Source: Nocardioidaceae bacterium (GTDB taxonomy: Bacteria > Actinomycetota > Actinomycetes > Propionibacteriales > Nocardioidaceae). Taken from it: a stretch of 64,000 bases of DNA. Location: positions 4,636 to 68,635 of the forward strand of contig JAICXL010000005.1 in NCBI GenBank assembly GCA_025980475.1, given 5' to 3'. Both the position numbers and the translations under genes were made by a program. The notes below the pieces were generated by a model, which was given only the letters and a program-made list of their open reading frames with translations, had not been told where the DNA came from and did no database searches. Positions 44,797-54,401 of this stretch are shown in pieces (positions within the stretch are counted from its first letter, which is position 1; each line of letters starts with the position of its first letter).

Positions 44797-47700
44797 CGAT
44801 CCGGACACCCCGGGACCTGCAGGAGCTGATGCGGGCGTCGTACCCCCTCAGCGACCAGCAGTGGGCGGCCGTGACCGCCCCGCTGGAGCCGGCGGTCGTC
44901 ATCGCCGGCGCAGGCTCGGGCAAGACCTCGCTGATGGCCGCGCGCGTCGTCTACCTCGTGGCGACCGGTGCGGTGTCGCCCGACGAGGTGCTCGGCCTGA
45001 CCTTCACCACCAAGGCCACCGCTGAGCTCGCCGGCCGGGTCCGCGCGTCGCTGGACGCCGCCGGCCTGGGCCGGGGGATCGGCGAGGAGGGCGAGCCGGA
45101 GCGGCTCGAGCCGACGGTCTCGACCTACAACGCCTGTGCCGCGACGTTGCTCTCCGAGCACGGCCTGCGGATCGGCCACGAGCCCGACACCCGCGTGCTG
45201 GCCGACGCCTCGCGCTACCAGCTCGCCGCCCGTGCGGTCGAGCGGCACCGTGCGCCCGTGCAGCAGCTCAGCGACAGCCCGAAGCACGTGATCAGCTACC
45301 TCCTCCAGCTCGACGCGGCGCTGAGCGAACACCTGGTCACCATCGAGCAGGTCCGCGACTTCCAGCGACGGGAGCGGCCGCTCTTCGAGGAGTCGCTGGT
45401 GACCTCCCGGGCCAGGAAGGACCTCGAGACCGTGCTGGTCCGGATGACGCAGCGTGAGGAGCTGCTCGACTTGGTCGAGGACTACCGCCGGCTCAAGCAG
45501 CAGCTCGGCCTGATGGACTTCTCCGACCAGGTCGCGCTGGCCGCCCGGCTGGTCACCGAGCACCCGGACGTGGGCGCGGCCGAGCGGGCGAAGTTCCGGA
45601 TCGTGCTGCTCGACGAGTACCAGGACACCTCGGTCGCCCAGGCCCGGCTGCTCGCCGCCCTGTTCTCCGGCCCGGACGCCTCGTCCGGCCGGGGGCACCC
45701 GGTCACTGCGGTCGGCGATCCCAACCAGGCCATCTACGGCTGGCGCGGCGCGTCGGTGTCGAACATCCTGGAGTTCGGCTCGTGGTTCCCGACGGCCGAC
45801 GGCCGGCCGGTCGCGACCTACCCCCTCACCGTCAACCGGCGCTCCGACACCCGCATCCTCGAGGTGGCCAACCGCCTGGCCGCGCCGCTGGCCGACGACA
45901 CCGACCAGGTGCGGCCGCTCGAGCCGCAGCCCGGGGCCGCCGCCGGTCAGGTGCGGGCGTCGGTCCACGAGACCCTCGCCGACGAGCTGGCCGCGCTGCC
46001 CGACGAGGTCATCGCGGTGCGCGAGGCGATGGCCGAGCCGTCGTGGCGCGAGATCGGCGTGCTCACCCGCGACAACGCGATGGCCGCCGACGTCTTCGAC
46101 GCCTTGACGGCCAGGGAGGTCCCCGTCGAGATCGTCGGCCTCAAGGGGCTGCTCCGGCTGCCGGAGGTCGCCGAGGTCGTCTCGACACTCGCGCTGCTGC
46201 ACGACCTCACCGCCAACGCCGACCTGCTCACGCTGCTCAACGGCCCACGCTGGGCGATCGGGCCGCGCGACCTGGCCCTGCTGGGCAGGCGCGCGCAGCA
46301 GCTGGCCGGCAAGCAGCAGCACGTCGCGGCGCACGGAGTCGATGACGGCCTCGCCAGGGCGGTCGAGGGCGCCGACCCGACCGAGCTGGTCTCCTTGTGC
46401 GATGCGCTCGACGACCCGGGTGAGTCGTCGTACTCCTCCGAGGCCCGGGAGCGCTTCGCGCTGCTCTCGGGCGAGCTGCGGATGCTGCGCCGGCACGTCG
46501 GCGACCCGCTGCTCGACCTGGTCCGGCGGATCATCGACACCAGTGGGCTCGACGTCGAGCTGGCCTCGTCGGTGTCACCGGCCGCGGCCGCGCGTCGGGA
46601 CAACCTCGACCTCTTCGTGAAGGCGGTCGCCGAGTTCCAGGCCGTCGACGGCACCGTCACGCTGCCCGCGCTCCTGGCCTACCTCGCGGCCGAGGACGAG
46701 CTGGGCACCGGCCTCGACGTCGCCACCCCCACCGAGGCCGACTCCGTCAAGCTGCTCACCGTGCATCGGGCGAAGGGCCTGGAGTGGGACGCGGTCTTCC
46801 TCGTCGGGGTGTGCCAGGAGAAGTTCCCGAGCACGAAGGCCCGCAGCCAGTGGACCACCGGCTGCTGGGTGCTGCCCGCCCCACTTCGCGGTGATGCGGC
46901 CGACGTGCCGCAGCTGCGCGGCCACGAGAAGGCCGACCTCGACCGGCTCAAGCTCGAGGCCCGCGCCCACGAGGCCCGAGAGGAGCTCCGGCTCGGTTAC
47001 GTCGCCTTCACCCGGGCGCGGCACCTGCTGTCGGTCTCCTCGCACGTGTGGCGGCCCGACCGGAAGACCCCCCTCGGCCCGTCCGCCTACCAGCAGGTCG
47101 TCCGCGATCAGCTGGCGGAGTGGGGGCTGGCGCCCGCCTCCTGGATCGACCGCCCCGAGAAGGGCGCGCCGAACCCGCTGACGGAGACGCCGGTGTCGGT
47201 GCAGTGGCCGATGGCGGGGCGCACCCGCGAGGCGGAGCTGCGCGTTCGCGCGGCGACGCTGGTCCGCTCGGCCTCGCCGGACGCCCAGGATCCGGAGCTC
47301 GACGTGCTCGAGAGCGCCCGCGTCCAGGAGTGGGACGACGAGCTGGAGCGGTTGCTCGCCGAGGCGCGGGCCGAACGGGCCGACGTCGTCGAGGTGCCGA
47401 TGCCACCGAGCCTGTCGGCGACCGCGGTCGCGCGGCTGCAGGAGGACCCGTCGTGGTTCGCCCGTGAGCTGGCCCGGCCGATGCCGCGGCGGCCCTCGCC
47501 CGCGGCCCGGTTCGGCACCCGCTTCCACGCCTGGGTCGAGGCCAGGTTCGGCCAGCAGGGGCTGATCGAGCCCGATGAGCTGCCCGGCCGCGCCGATCAG
47601 GGCATCGACGGCGAGGACGAGCTGCGCGAGCTGGTCAAGGCCTTCGAGTCCGGTCCGTTCGCCGACCGGCCGCCGCATCGCATGGAGGCGCCGTTCGCGC

Positions 47701-47969
47701 TGGTGCTCGGCGGGCAGGTGGTGCGCGGCCGGATCGACGCGGTCTATCGGGAGGCCGACGGGTCCTGGCTGGTGGTGGACTGGAAGACCAACCGCCGCCA
47801 CGACGCCGACGCGCTGCAGCTGGCGATCTACCGAGTCGCCTGGGCGGAGCTGGTCGGGGTTCCCGTCGGCGCGGTGCGCGCTGCGTTCTTCTACGTGCGC
47901 GACGGCGACCTGGTCGTGCCCCCGGCCCTGCCCGACCGCGCCCTGCTCGAGCGCCTGGTCACCGGCTGA
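44793..47969 (+). CDS. adnB: helicase-nuclease AdnB
   Basis: ATGA overlap with adnA. AGAGSGKTS Walker A, LDEYQDTS, and a RecB-type nuclease block (GRIDAVY..VVDWKT..QLAIY). Confidence 0.85.
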   Translation: MTIRTPRDLQELMRASYPLSDQQWAAVTAPLEPAVVIAGAGSGKTSLMAARVVYLVATGAVSPDEVLGLTFTTKATAELAGRVRASLDAAGLGRGIGEEGEPERLEPTVSTYNACAATLLSEHGLRIGHEPDTRVLADASRYQLAARAVERHRAPVQQLSDSPKHVISYLLQLDAALSEHLVTIEQVRDFQRRERPLFEESLVTSRARKDLETVLVRMTQREELLDLVEDYRRLKQQLGLMDFSDQVALAARLVTEHPDVGAAERAKFRIVLLDEYQDTSVAQARLLAALFSGPDASSGRGHPVTAVGDPNQAIYGWRGASVSNILEFGSWFPTADGRPVATYPLTVNRRSDTRILEVANRLAAPLADDTDQVRPLEPQPGAAAGQVRASVHETLADELAALPDEVIAVREAMAEPSWREIGVLTRDNAMAADVFDALTAREVPVEIVGLKGLLRLPEVAEVVSTLALLHDLTANADLLTLLNGPRWAIGPRDLALLGRRAQQLAGKQQHVAAHGVDDGLARAVEGADPTELVSLCDALDDPGESSYSSEARERFALLSGELRMLRRHVGDPLLDLVRRIIDTSGLDVELASSVSPAAAARRDNLDLFVKAVAEFQAVDGTVTLPALLAYLAAEDELGTGLDVATPTEADSVKLLTVHRAKGLEWDAVFLVGVCQEKFPSTKARSQWTTGCWVLPAPLRGDAADVPQLRGHEKADLDRLKLEARAHEAREELRLGYVAFTRARHLLSVSSHVWRPDRKTPLGPSAYQQVVRDQLAEWGLAPASWIDRPEKGAPNPLTETPVSVQWPMAGRTREAELRVRAATLVRSASPDAQDPELDVLESARVQEWDDELERLLAEARAERADVVEVPMPPSLSATAVARLQEDPSWFARELARPMPRRPSPAARFGTRFHAWVEARFGQQGLIEPDELPGRADQGIDGEDELRELVKAFESGPFADRPPHRMEAPFALVLGGQVVRGRIDAVYREADGSWLVVDWKTNRRHDADALQLAIYRVAWAELVGVPVGAVRAAFFYVRDGDLVVPPALPDRALLERLVTG

Positions 47970-48160
47970 TGCCGCGTCCGGTCGTGCGCGGCATCGCTCG
48001 ACACGCCGGTGCCCCGGGACCAAGGGCGCCTCTGCGGCGTCATGGCACCGTTGGGACAGCGGGCGCGGATCTGGCCCGGGTGTGATGGCACCGGGTGCCC
48101 GGGCACCGGGTGTCATAGCGGAGGGGCCGGCAGGCGTCTTGGGTACCGAGGAGGAATCCT

Positions 48161-48688
48161 GTGACGACAGAGCTCGCCGAGTTCGTCCGGCTGCGGCACG
48201 CGGCACTGGTGCGGCGTGCCTACCTGCTTGTCGGTGACCAGACGGCTGCCGAGGACGTCGTCCAGGAGGCCCTGGCCCGCACCTGCGCCGCATCGCGCCG
48301 CCGGCGGGTCCAGGACCTCGAGGCCTACACGCGAAGGGTGATGACCAACCTGGTCATCAGCGGGCACCGCCGCGCGCGGAGGTCGGAGAGACCGGCCGGG
48401 GACCTCGACCTCGAGGCCTCGGCGGATCCCGAGCAGCCCCATCAGTGGGCCGAGGAGCGGGCACTGCACGAGGAGATGTGGCGCGTGCTGCAGGCGCTCT
48501 CGCCGCAGCAGCGCAGCGTGCTGGTGCTCCGGTTCTACGAGGGCCTGGGCGAGGCAGAGATCGCCGAGGCGCTGAACGTCACCGTCGGCACCGTCCGGCA
48601 GCACACGGCGCGCGGGTTGCGCCACCTGCGCGCCCTGATCACCCCGACCGGAACCACCGAGGAGGCGCACAGCCGTGAAGAGCACTGA
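48161..48688 (+). CDS. ECF (SigE-type) RNA polymerase sigma factor
   Basis: Region 2 (AEDVVQEAL) and region 4 HTH (LSPQQRSVLVLRFYEGLGEAEIAEALNVTVGTVRQHTARG). Confidence 0.85.
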   Translation: MTTELAEFVRLRHAALVRRAYLLVGDQTAAEDVVQEALARTCAASRRRRVQDLEAYTRRVMTNLVISGHRRARRSERPAGDLDLEASADPEQPHQWAEERALHEEMWRVLQALSPQQRSVLVLRFYEGLGEAEIAEALNVTVGTVRQHTARGLRHLRALITPTGTTEEAHSREEH

Positions 48689-49274
48689 GGACCACCTGCG
48701 CGAGATGCTGGCCGAGCGCGCCGACAGGGTGCGGCCCGGCCCGGTGCCGGAGGAGCTGGCCCGCGAGGCGGCCCGGCCGGACCGCCGCTTCCCGGTCCCG
48801 GCACTGCTGGCCGCAGCGGCCGTGGTGGTGGTCGTGGCCGTGGCAGCCCTGGTCCCGCTGATCGGGCGGGGCGACGGCGACGGGCACCCGGCGCCGGCCG
48901 CGACCTCGTCGAGCGGCGCGACGCAGCTTCCCCACCGTGGGACGGGCAAGCTGCCCGCGACCTCGCGATACCCGGCCGCAGGCGTGTGCGGCCGGGTCGC
49001 CTCCTCGGTGGTCACGGTCCGGATCGAGCCGGACGTCCCCGTGCCGCGTTGCTCGATGGTCCGCGCCGACCAGTCCCTGCGGGTGGTCAACCGCACCGGC
49101 GACTACGGCCAGCGGGCGCACCCGGTCCGGGTCTGGTGGGTCCCCGGCCAGCCGGTCCGGCTCACGCCGGGGGAGTCGCACACCTTCCCGAGGCGGTTCG
49201 GCGACTACCTCGAGCGGGGCGTCCACGAGCTCCGCATCACCCGCGCGTACACCGCCGAGATCTGGCTGCGCTAG
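48675..49274 (+). CDS. single-pass membrane protein downstream of the ECF sigma (possible anti-sigma/partner)
   Basis: 14-nt overlap with the sigma gene and one TM segment (ALLAAAAVVVVVAVAALVPLI). No ZAS motif, so the role is inferred from position only. Confidence 0.5.
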   Translation: MKSTEDHLREMLAERADRVRPGPVPEELAREAARPDRRFPVPALLAAAAVVVVVAVAALVPLIGRGDGDGHPAPAATSSSGATQLPHRGTGKLPATSRYPAAGVCGRVASSVVTVRIEPDVPVPRCSMVRADQSLRVVNRTGDYGQRAHPVRVWWVPGQPVRLTPGESHTFPRRFGDYLERGVHELRITRAYTAEIWLR

Positions 49275-49417
49275 ACACCGGGGCGCGCGTTTCCGGACCG
49301 CCGGACACCGCCGACGACCAGCAAATGCGGCGTTCGGGACCCGGGCGCACCTACCGTGGAACGCCGAACGCGTCGGTCGGCCGGTGTGCGACCGACCTCG
49401 CTGACGAACGGAGCTCC

Positions 49418-50248
49418 ATGGTCCGCCGTGTGATCGCCGCCCTCAGCGGCCTCGCTGTCCTCGCCCTGCTCGCCGGGTCCACCATGCCGGCGGCGAGCGC
49501 GGCGCCGTCCGACGGTTCCTCGCACCACTACGACGCCCGGGGCCTCGACTCCTGCAACGCGCCGACCCACGCACAGATGGCGGCGTTCTGGCACCAGACT
49601 CCATGGTGGTGGTGGGGGGTCTACATCGGCGGGAGCAACCGCGCCTGCCCCAACACGAACCTCACCCCCCGCTGGATCCACCGCGAGGTGCGCCGGGGCT
49701 GGGGGCTGCAGCCGATCTGGGTCGGCCTGCAGGCTCCCTGCGCCAACCAGGGCGGCCTCGCGACGATGAGCTGGCATGCGGCGCGGGCCTACAAGCAGGG
49801 CCGGCGCGCCGCGGTGAACGCCTACAACCGGGTCCGCGCGCTCCACATGAACACCCACACTCCCGTGGTCTTCGACATGGAGGCCTTCGACACCGGCAGG
49901 GCCAGCTGCCTGCGTGCCGTCGAGGCCTTCGTCCGCGGATGGAGCCACCAGCTGCAGGTGAAGCCGCGGCAGGTGCCCGGCTACTACGGGTCCTCCTGTG
50001 CGTCCGCACTGACGACGATGTGGGACGTCTCGCCCCGACCGTCCTACGTGTGGGGCGCGAACTACGGCACCGGACGCCACGTCGACCAGATGAGCTGTGT
50101 GAGCCCAGGCATCTGGCCGCACCGGCTCAAGCAGTACACCGGGGGCACGCACATCACCGAGAACGGCGTCACGCTCTCGGCCGACAAGGACTGCGCCGAC
50201 GGCCCGATGTACGCCGCACGCCGCCACGACCTTCACGTCTGCACCTGA
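49418..50248 (+). CDS. secreted DUF1906 (Rv2525c-like, glycoside-hydrolase-like) protein
   Basis: Signal peptide (ALSGLAVLALLAGSTMPAASA), then a G.D.C.AP...MAAF..YIGG pattern recalled for DUF1906. Confidence 0.6.
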   Translation: MVRRVIAALSGLAVLALLAGSTMPAASAAPSDGSSHHYDARGLDSCNAPTHAQMAAFWHQTPWWWWGVYIGGSNRACPNTNLTPRWIHREVRRGWGLQPIWVGLQAPCANQGGLATMSWHAARAYKQGRRAAVNAYNRVRALHMNTHTPVVFDMEAFDTGRASCLRAVEAFVRGWSHQLQVKPRQVPGYYGSSCASALTTMWDVSPRPSYVWGANYGTGRHVDQMSCVSPGIWPHRLKQYTGGTHITENGVTLSADKDCADGPMYAARRHDLHVCT

Positions 50249-50262
50249 GGAGGAGGTCGATC

Positions 50263-51174
50263 GTGCCGATGACCCGCCGTGCGTCGACGGTGCTGTCCGT
50301 CGCCGGGCTGCTGTGCGCCTGCCTCCTCTCGGCGTGCAGCGACCGCCCTGCGGCCGATGGCGTGGTGCCGTGGACCGATGAGCCCGCCCAGGGTGCCCTG
50401 CTCGCCCAGTCGACGACCGCCCCTCGGTGCCAGGTCTCCGCGCTGTCCCTGCCTCGCGGCGAGCAGGCGTGGGGTGGCGTCTGGCACGACGCGGTCTCCG
50501 GATACTTCACGATCCGGAATTCCGGGCGCGCCGGTTGCCAGCTGGCCGCGCCTGCCCGGGTCACCGCCGCCACCCGGGAGGGGCCCAAGGACCTCGCGAT
50601 CGGCCCGCTGGCCGACAGGACGGTCGTCCTGGCACCGGGCGACGAGGTGCAGGTGCAGGTGAGCTCGCCGTACGACTGCGGCAAGCCGCTCCTCGAGTCC
50701 ACCGGCTTGGTGGTGGCGCTCGCGACCGGCCGGCTGCACGTGCGGCACGCGCGGATGGCGGTCCAGTGCGGGGGCGGCCTGGCCGACTTCAGCGCCCGGG
50801 ACACGAGCACGGTGGCCACCACGCCCGCGGCCGGGCTGCAGGCCCGGCTGTCCAGAGTCCCCGGAAGCGTCGGACCGGGCAGCACGGTGAGCTACACCGT
50901 CACACTCACCAACCCGGCCTCGCGGCGCGTCACCCTCGAGCAGTGCCCCTCCTACGAGGAGGGCATCAAGGGACAGCCGTCGTCGGTGCACCGCTACCAG
51001 CTCAACTGCGACGGGGCGCCCGCGATCGGGCCCCACCGGAGCGTCACCTTCGCCATGCAGCTTCCCCTGCCGGACCATGCCGACGCGGGGGCGGCCGTGC
51101 TGGACTGGCACCTGCAGGTGCCGGGCCCCGTCAGCGCGGCGCAGTTCGCCTCGGCGCGCGTGAACATCCGCTGA
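50263..51174 (+). CDS. lipoprotein, DUF4232-like
   Basis: GAGGAGGAGG RBS, then GTG 50263. Lipobox LLSAC and Cys pairs flanking beta-rich segments. Confidence 0.55.
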   Translation: MPMTRRASTVLSVAGLLCACLLSACSDRPAADGVVPWTDEPAQGALLAQSTTAPRCQVSALSLPRGEQAWGGVWHDAVSGYFTIRNSGRAGCQLAAPARVTAATREGPKDLAIGPLADRTVVLAPGDEVQVQVSSPYDCGKPLLESTGLVVALATGRLHVRHARMAVQCGGGLADFSARDTSTVATTPAAGLQARLSRVPGSVGPGSTVSYTVTLTNPASRRVTLEQCPSYEEGIKGQPSSVHRYQLNCDGAPAIGPHRSVTFAMQLPLPDHADAGAAVLDWHLQVPGPVSAAQFASARVNIR

Positions 51175-51237
51175 GGCCCGCCGCCGCGGGCTGCTCCGAT
51201 GTGGGTGCTTACGAGCAGCACAGTTAATGTCGGCGGC

Positions 51238-53148
51238 ATGACTCTCGAGCCGCTTGCCCTCCCGCACGACGACTGGGCGGACTGGTTGCGCGACCGTGGT
51301 CGGGCGGAGCTCCGCCGGGCCGCCGACCACGTCGCCGCGTTGAAGACCGCTGCCCTGGGCGACGACGCGGTCCTGCAGCTGTGGAATGACGCGAACACGG
51401 CGCTGGCCAACGCGCTGTCGGTCTCGACCGTGATGGCGGCCGTGCATCCGGATCCCACGGTCGTCCGGCTCGGTGAGGAGCTCGAGACCGAGGCCCGCCG
51501 GTTCGGCAACGACCTGCTGCTCGACGGAGAGGTCTTCGCCCAGCTGGCGTCGCTGCGCACCGACCCGCTGGACGACGCCGCCCGCCGGGTGCTCGCCAAG
51601 GCGCTGCTGGACTTCCGGCGGGCCGGAGTCGACCGGGACGAGGACACTCGGGGGCAGCTGCGCGACCTCAACGAGCGCCTGACGACGCTCGGCCAGGCGT
51701 TCGCCCGCAACATCCGTGAGGGACGTCGCGAGACCAGCGTGCCGACCAGAGCCCTGCAAGGGATGCCCGAGGACTTCCGCGAGGCCCATCCCGCCGACGA
51801 CGACGGCATGGTCACGATCACCACGGAGTACCCCGACACGCATCCGTTCCTGCGCTCCTCGAGGGATGCGGGCGCGCGCCGACAGGTGGCGGAGACCTAC
51901 TTCAACCTGGCCTGGCCCGACAACGACGCCGTGCTGCAGGACCTGCTCCGCGCGCGTCACGAGAAGGCGACGCTGCTGGGCTACGACGGCTGGCCCGACT
52001 ACGACGCCGAGGTCAAGATGATCGGCACCGGCAAGGCGATCGCAGAGTTCGTCGACGAGATCGCCGAGAAGGCCGGGGAGAAGGGCCGTGCCGAGCTGGA
52101 GGTGCTCCGGGCGAGGGCTGCCGAGGCCGGCGAGGACATCGACCTGGCCAGCTGGCGCTATTGGTTCGAGACGGTCCAGCGGGAACGCTACGGCGTGGAC
52201 AGCCGCGAGGTCCGGCAGTACTTCGACCACACCAAGGTGCGCCAGGGACTGCTCGACGTGACCGCGCGCCTGTTCGGGGTGGCCTACACGCCGATCGAGG
52301 CGGCGAGCTGGCACGAGGAGGTGTCGTCGTACGACGTGTCGCTGGCGGGGCCCGACGGGATCGCCGAGCGGATCGGGCGGATCCACCTCGACCTGCACCC
52401 GCGGACGAACAAGTACAACCACGCCGCGCAGTTCGACCTGGTCCCCGGGATCCGTGGCCGGCAGCTCGCCGAGGGCGTGCTGGTCTGCAACTTCCCGCGC
52501 GGGCTGATGGACCACCACGAGGTGGTCACGCTGTTCCACGAGTTCGGCCACCTGCTGCACCACGTGCTCGCCGGCCGGCACGCGTGGGTGCGCTTCTCCG
52601 GCGTCGCCACCGAGTGGGACTTCGTCGAGGCGCCGTCGCAGATGCTCGAGGAGTGGGCCTGGGACGCCGACGTGCTGCGCACCTTCGCCACCGACGCCGA
52701 CGGCCAGCCGATCCCGGCCGAGCTGGTGCAGCGGATGCGCGATGCGGACGAGTACGGCCTGGGCCTGCTCGCCCGCACGCAGATGTTCTACGCAGCGGTC
52801 TCCTACCGGTTCCACCAGGAGCGGCCCGACGACCTCACCGCCCGCATGTGGGAGCTGTACGACGCCTACAGCCTCGTGCAGCCGCTGCAGGGCACCCACT
52901 TCCACACGGGCTTCGGGCACCTCGAGGGCTACTCGTCCGGGTACTACACCTACATGTGGTCGAAGGTGATCGCGAAGGACATGTTCTCCGCGTTCGACCC
53001 CGACGACCTGTTCGCCGAGGGGGTCTCCCGGCGCTACCGCGACAAGGTGCTGGTGCCCGGCGGCTCGCAGGACGCGGCCGACCTGGTGGCGGACTTCCTC
53101 GACCGCCCCTACGACGCCGACGCGTTCACGGCATGGCTCACCAGATGA
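51238..53148 (+). CDS. M3-family zinc metallopeptidase (oligopeptidase / dipeptidyl carboxypeptidase-like)
   Basis: HEFGH zinc motif (TLFHEFGHLLHH) with a downstream E (VEAPSQMLE). Confidence 0.85.
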   Translation: MTLEPLALPHDDWADWLRDRGRAELRRAADHVAALKTAALGDDAVLQLWNDANTALANALSVSTVMAAVHPDPTVVRLGEELETEARRFGNDLLLDGEVFAQLASLRTDPLDDAARRVLAKALLDFRRAGVDRDEDTRGQLRDLNERLTTLGQAFARNIREGRRETSVPTRALQGMPEDFREAHPADDDGMVTITTEYPDTHPFLRSSRDAGARRQVAETYFNLAWPDNDAVLQDLLRARHEKATLLGYDGWPDYDAEVKMIGTGKAIAEFVDEIAEKAGEKGRAELEVLRARAAEAGEDIDLASWRYWFETVQRERYGVDSREVRQYFDHTKVRQGLLDVTARLFGVAYTPIEAASWHEEVSSYDVSLAGPDGIAERIGRIHLDLHPRTNKYNHAAQFDLVPGIRGRQLAEGVLVCNFPRGLMDHHEVVTLFHEFGHLLHHVLAGRHAWVRFSGVATEWDFVEAPSQMLEEWAWDADVLRTFATDADGQPIPAELVQRMRDADEYGLGLLARTQMFYAAVSYRFHQERPDDLTARMWELYDAYSLVQPLQGTHFHTGFGHLEGYSSGYYTYMWSKVIAKDMFSAFDPDDLFAEGVSRRYRDKVLVPGGSQDAADLVADFLDRPYDADAFTAWLTR

Positions 53149-54017
53149 CCATCGCGCTCGGCCAGCCGGCGCACGACCGCCTCGCGGAGAGGCGGACCGA
53201 CAGCGACTGGCTCGAGAAGGCCTGGGCAGGCCCCGACACCCGTGTTCTCGTGGTTGCCGGCACCCGGCTCCACGCCGTCGACGGGCGGCTCGACTGGATC
53301 TCGCCGGGCGACGCGCCCGACGGCATCCGGGTGCTGCTCGGCCGGATGGGGGACGGGCCGCTGTCTTTCGCAGTGCTGGCCGACAAGGCGGCCGGTGCCG
53401 GGGACTGGACCCCGCTGCGGCCCGTGCTCGCCGGCCTGGAGCCTGCGGACGCGGCATTCGCGGTGCACGCCGTCGGGCTCGCCGAGTGGCACTTCGCGGT
53501 CCGCAACTGTCCCCGGTGCGGGGCGCTGCTGCAGTCCACGCAGTCCGGCCACGTGCTGGCCTGTCCGGCCTGCGGGCGGCAGCAGTTCCCACGCACGGAC
53601 CCGGCGGTGATCATGCTGGTCACCGACGACGACGGCCGGGCCCTGCTGGGCCGCCAGCCGGTCTGGCCGGAGGGCCGCTGGTCGACGCTCGCCGGCTTCG
53701 TCGAACCGGGGGAGTCCATCGAGCAGGCCGTGCGGCGCGAGGTGCTGGAGGAGACCGGCGTGCGCGTCGGCGAGGTGCGCTACTTCGGCTCGCAGCCCTG
53801 GCCGCTGCCCGCGTCACTGATGCTCGGCTTCGTCGGGCACGCGGAGTCACTGGACATCGCCGTGGACCAGCACGAGATCGAGGACGCCCGGTGGTTCACC
53901 CGCGACGACGTGCGGGCCGGGACGGCCGACGGCAGCCTGGTGCTGCCCGGCGGCGTCTCGATCAGCCGCTCACTCGTCGAGCACTGGTACGGCCAGCCCC
54001 TCCCCGGTCACTGGTGA
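53145..54017 (+). CDS. nudC: NAD(+)/NADH diphosphatase NudC
   Basis: Zinc ribbon CPRCG..CPACG, Nudix box GFVEPGESIEQAVRREVLEETGV, and the NADH-PPase signature SQPWPLPAS. ATGA overlap with the M3 peptidase gene. Confidence 0.9.
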   Translation: MTIALGQPAHDRLAERRTDSDWLEKAWAGPDTRVLVVAGTRLHAVDGRLDWISPGDAPDGIRVLLGRMGDGPLSFAVLADKAAGAGDWTPLRPVLAGLEPADAAFAVHAVGLAEWHFAVRNCPRCGALLQSTQSGHVLACPACGRQQFPRTDPAVIMLVTDDDGRALLGRQPVWPEGRWSTLAGFVEPGESIEQAVRREVLEETGVRVGEVRYFGSQPWPLPASLMLGFVGHAESLDIAVDQHEIEDARWFTRDDVRAGTADGSLVLPGGVSISRSLVEHWYGQPLPGHW

Positions 54018-54065
54018 GGTTCACTTCCCCCCCCCGTGGCCCGTTGAGTCGGGCCTCGTGGCCGC

Positions 54066-54329
54066 TCAGAGGCTGGCGAGCTTCTCCTTGACCTGCGCGA
54101 CCGACGGGTTGGTGTGCGCCGTGCCGTCGGAGTAGACCAGCGTCGGGACGGTCTGGTTGCCGTTGTTGGCCGACATCACGACCTCGGCAGCGGAGGGGTC
54201 CTGCTCGATGTCGACGACGTCGAACTCGATGCCCTCGCGGTCCAGCTGGTTCTTGAGCCGGTGGCAGTAACCGCACCACGGGGTGCTGTACATCGTGAAC
54301 CGGGACCCGGACTTCAGGTGCTGCGACAT
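54066..54329 (-). CDS. mycoredoxin / glutaredoxin-like protein
   Basis: 87 aa with the CGYC active site (YSTPWCGYCHRLK) and a TVPT cis-Pro loop. Confidence 0.85.
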   Translation of the reverse strand: MSQHLKSGSRFTMYSTPWCGYCHRLKNQLDREGIEFDVVDIEQDPSAAEVVMSANNGNQTVPTLVYSDGTAHTNPSVAQVKEKLASL

Positions 54330-54401
54330 CAGGCCTGTCTCTCCTCGCGTCTAGTCTTTCTGACGGTTGCAACAACCCCGACCGAGGAGACATTCCGCCC
54401 G

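Noticed and set aside
47970-47993. Hairpin TGCCGCG-N10-CGCGGCA right after the adnB stop as an intrinsic terminator.
   Set aside because: The stem is short and there is no T-rich tail. It is plausible as a weak or factor-dependent terminator, but not supportable from sequence alone.
50233-53592. Very long antisense or out-of-frame ORFs, e.g. 1119 aa at 50233-53592 (-), 999 aa at 27070-30069 (-), 825 aa at 21092-23569 (-), 793 aa at 8585-10966 (-) and 654 aa at 5460-7424 (-).
   Set aside because: These are the typical high-GC shadow ORFs: Arg/Pro/Gly/Ala-dominated, with no recognisable motifs. Each lies opposite or out of frame to genes with clear family signatures and proper GC3 bias.
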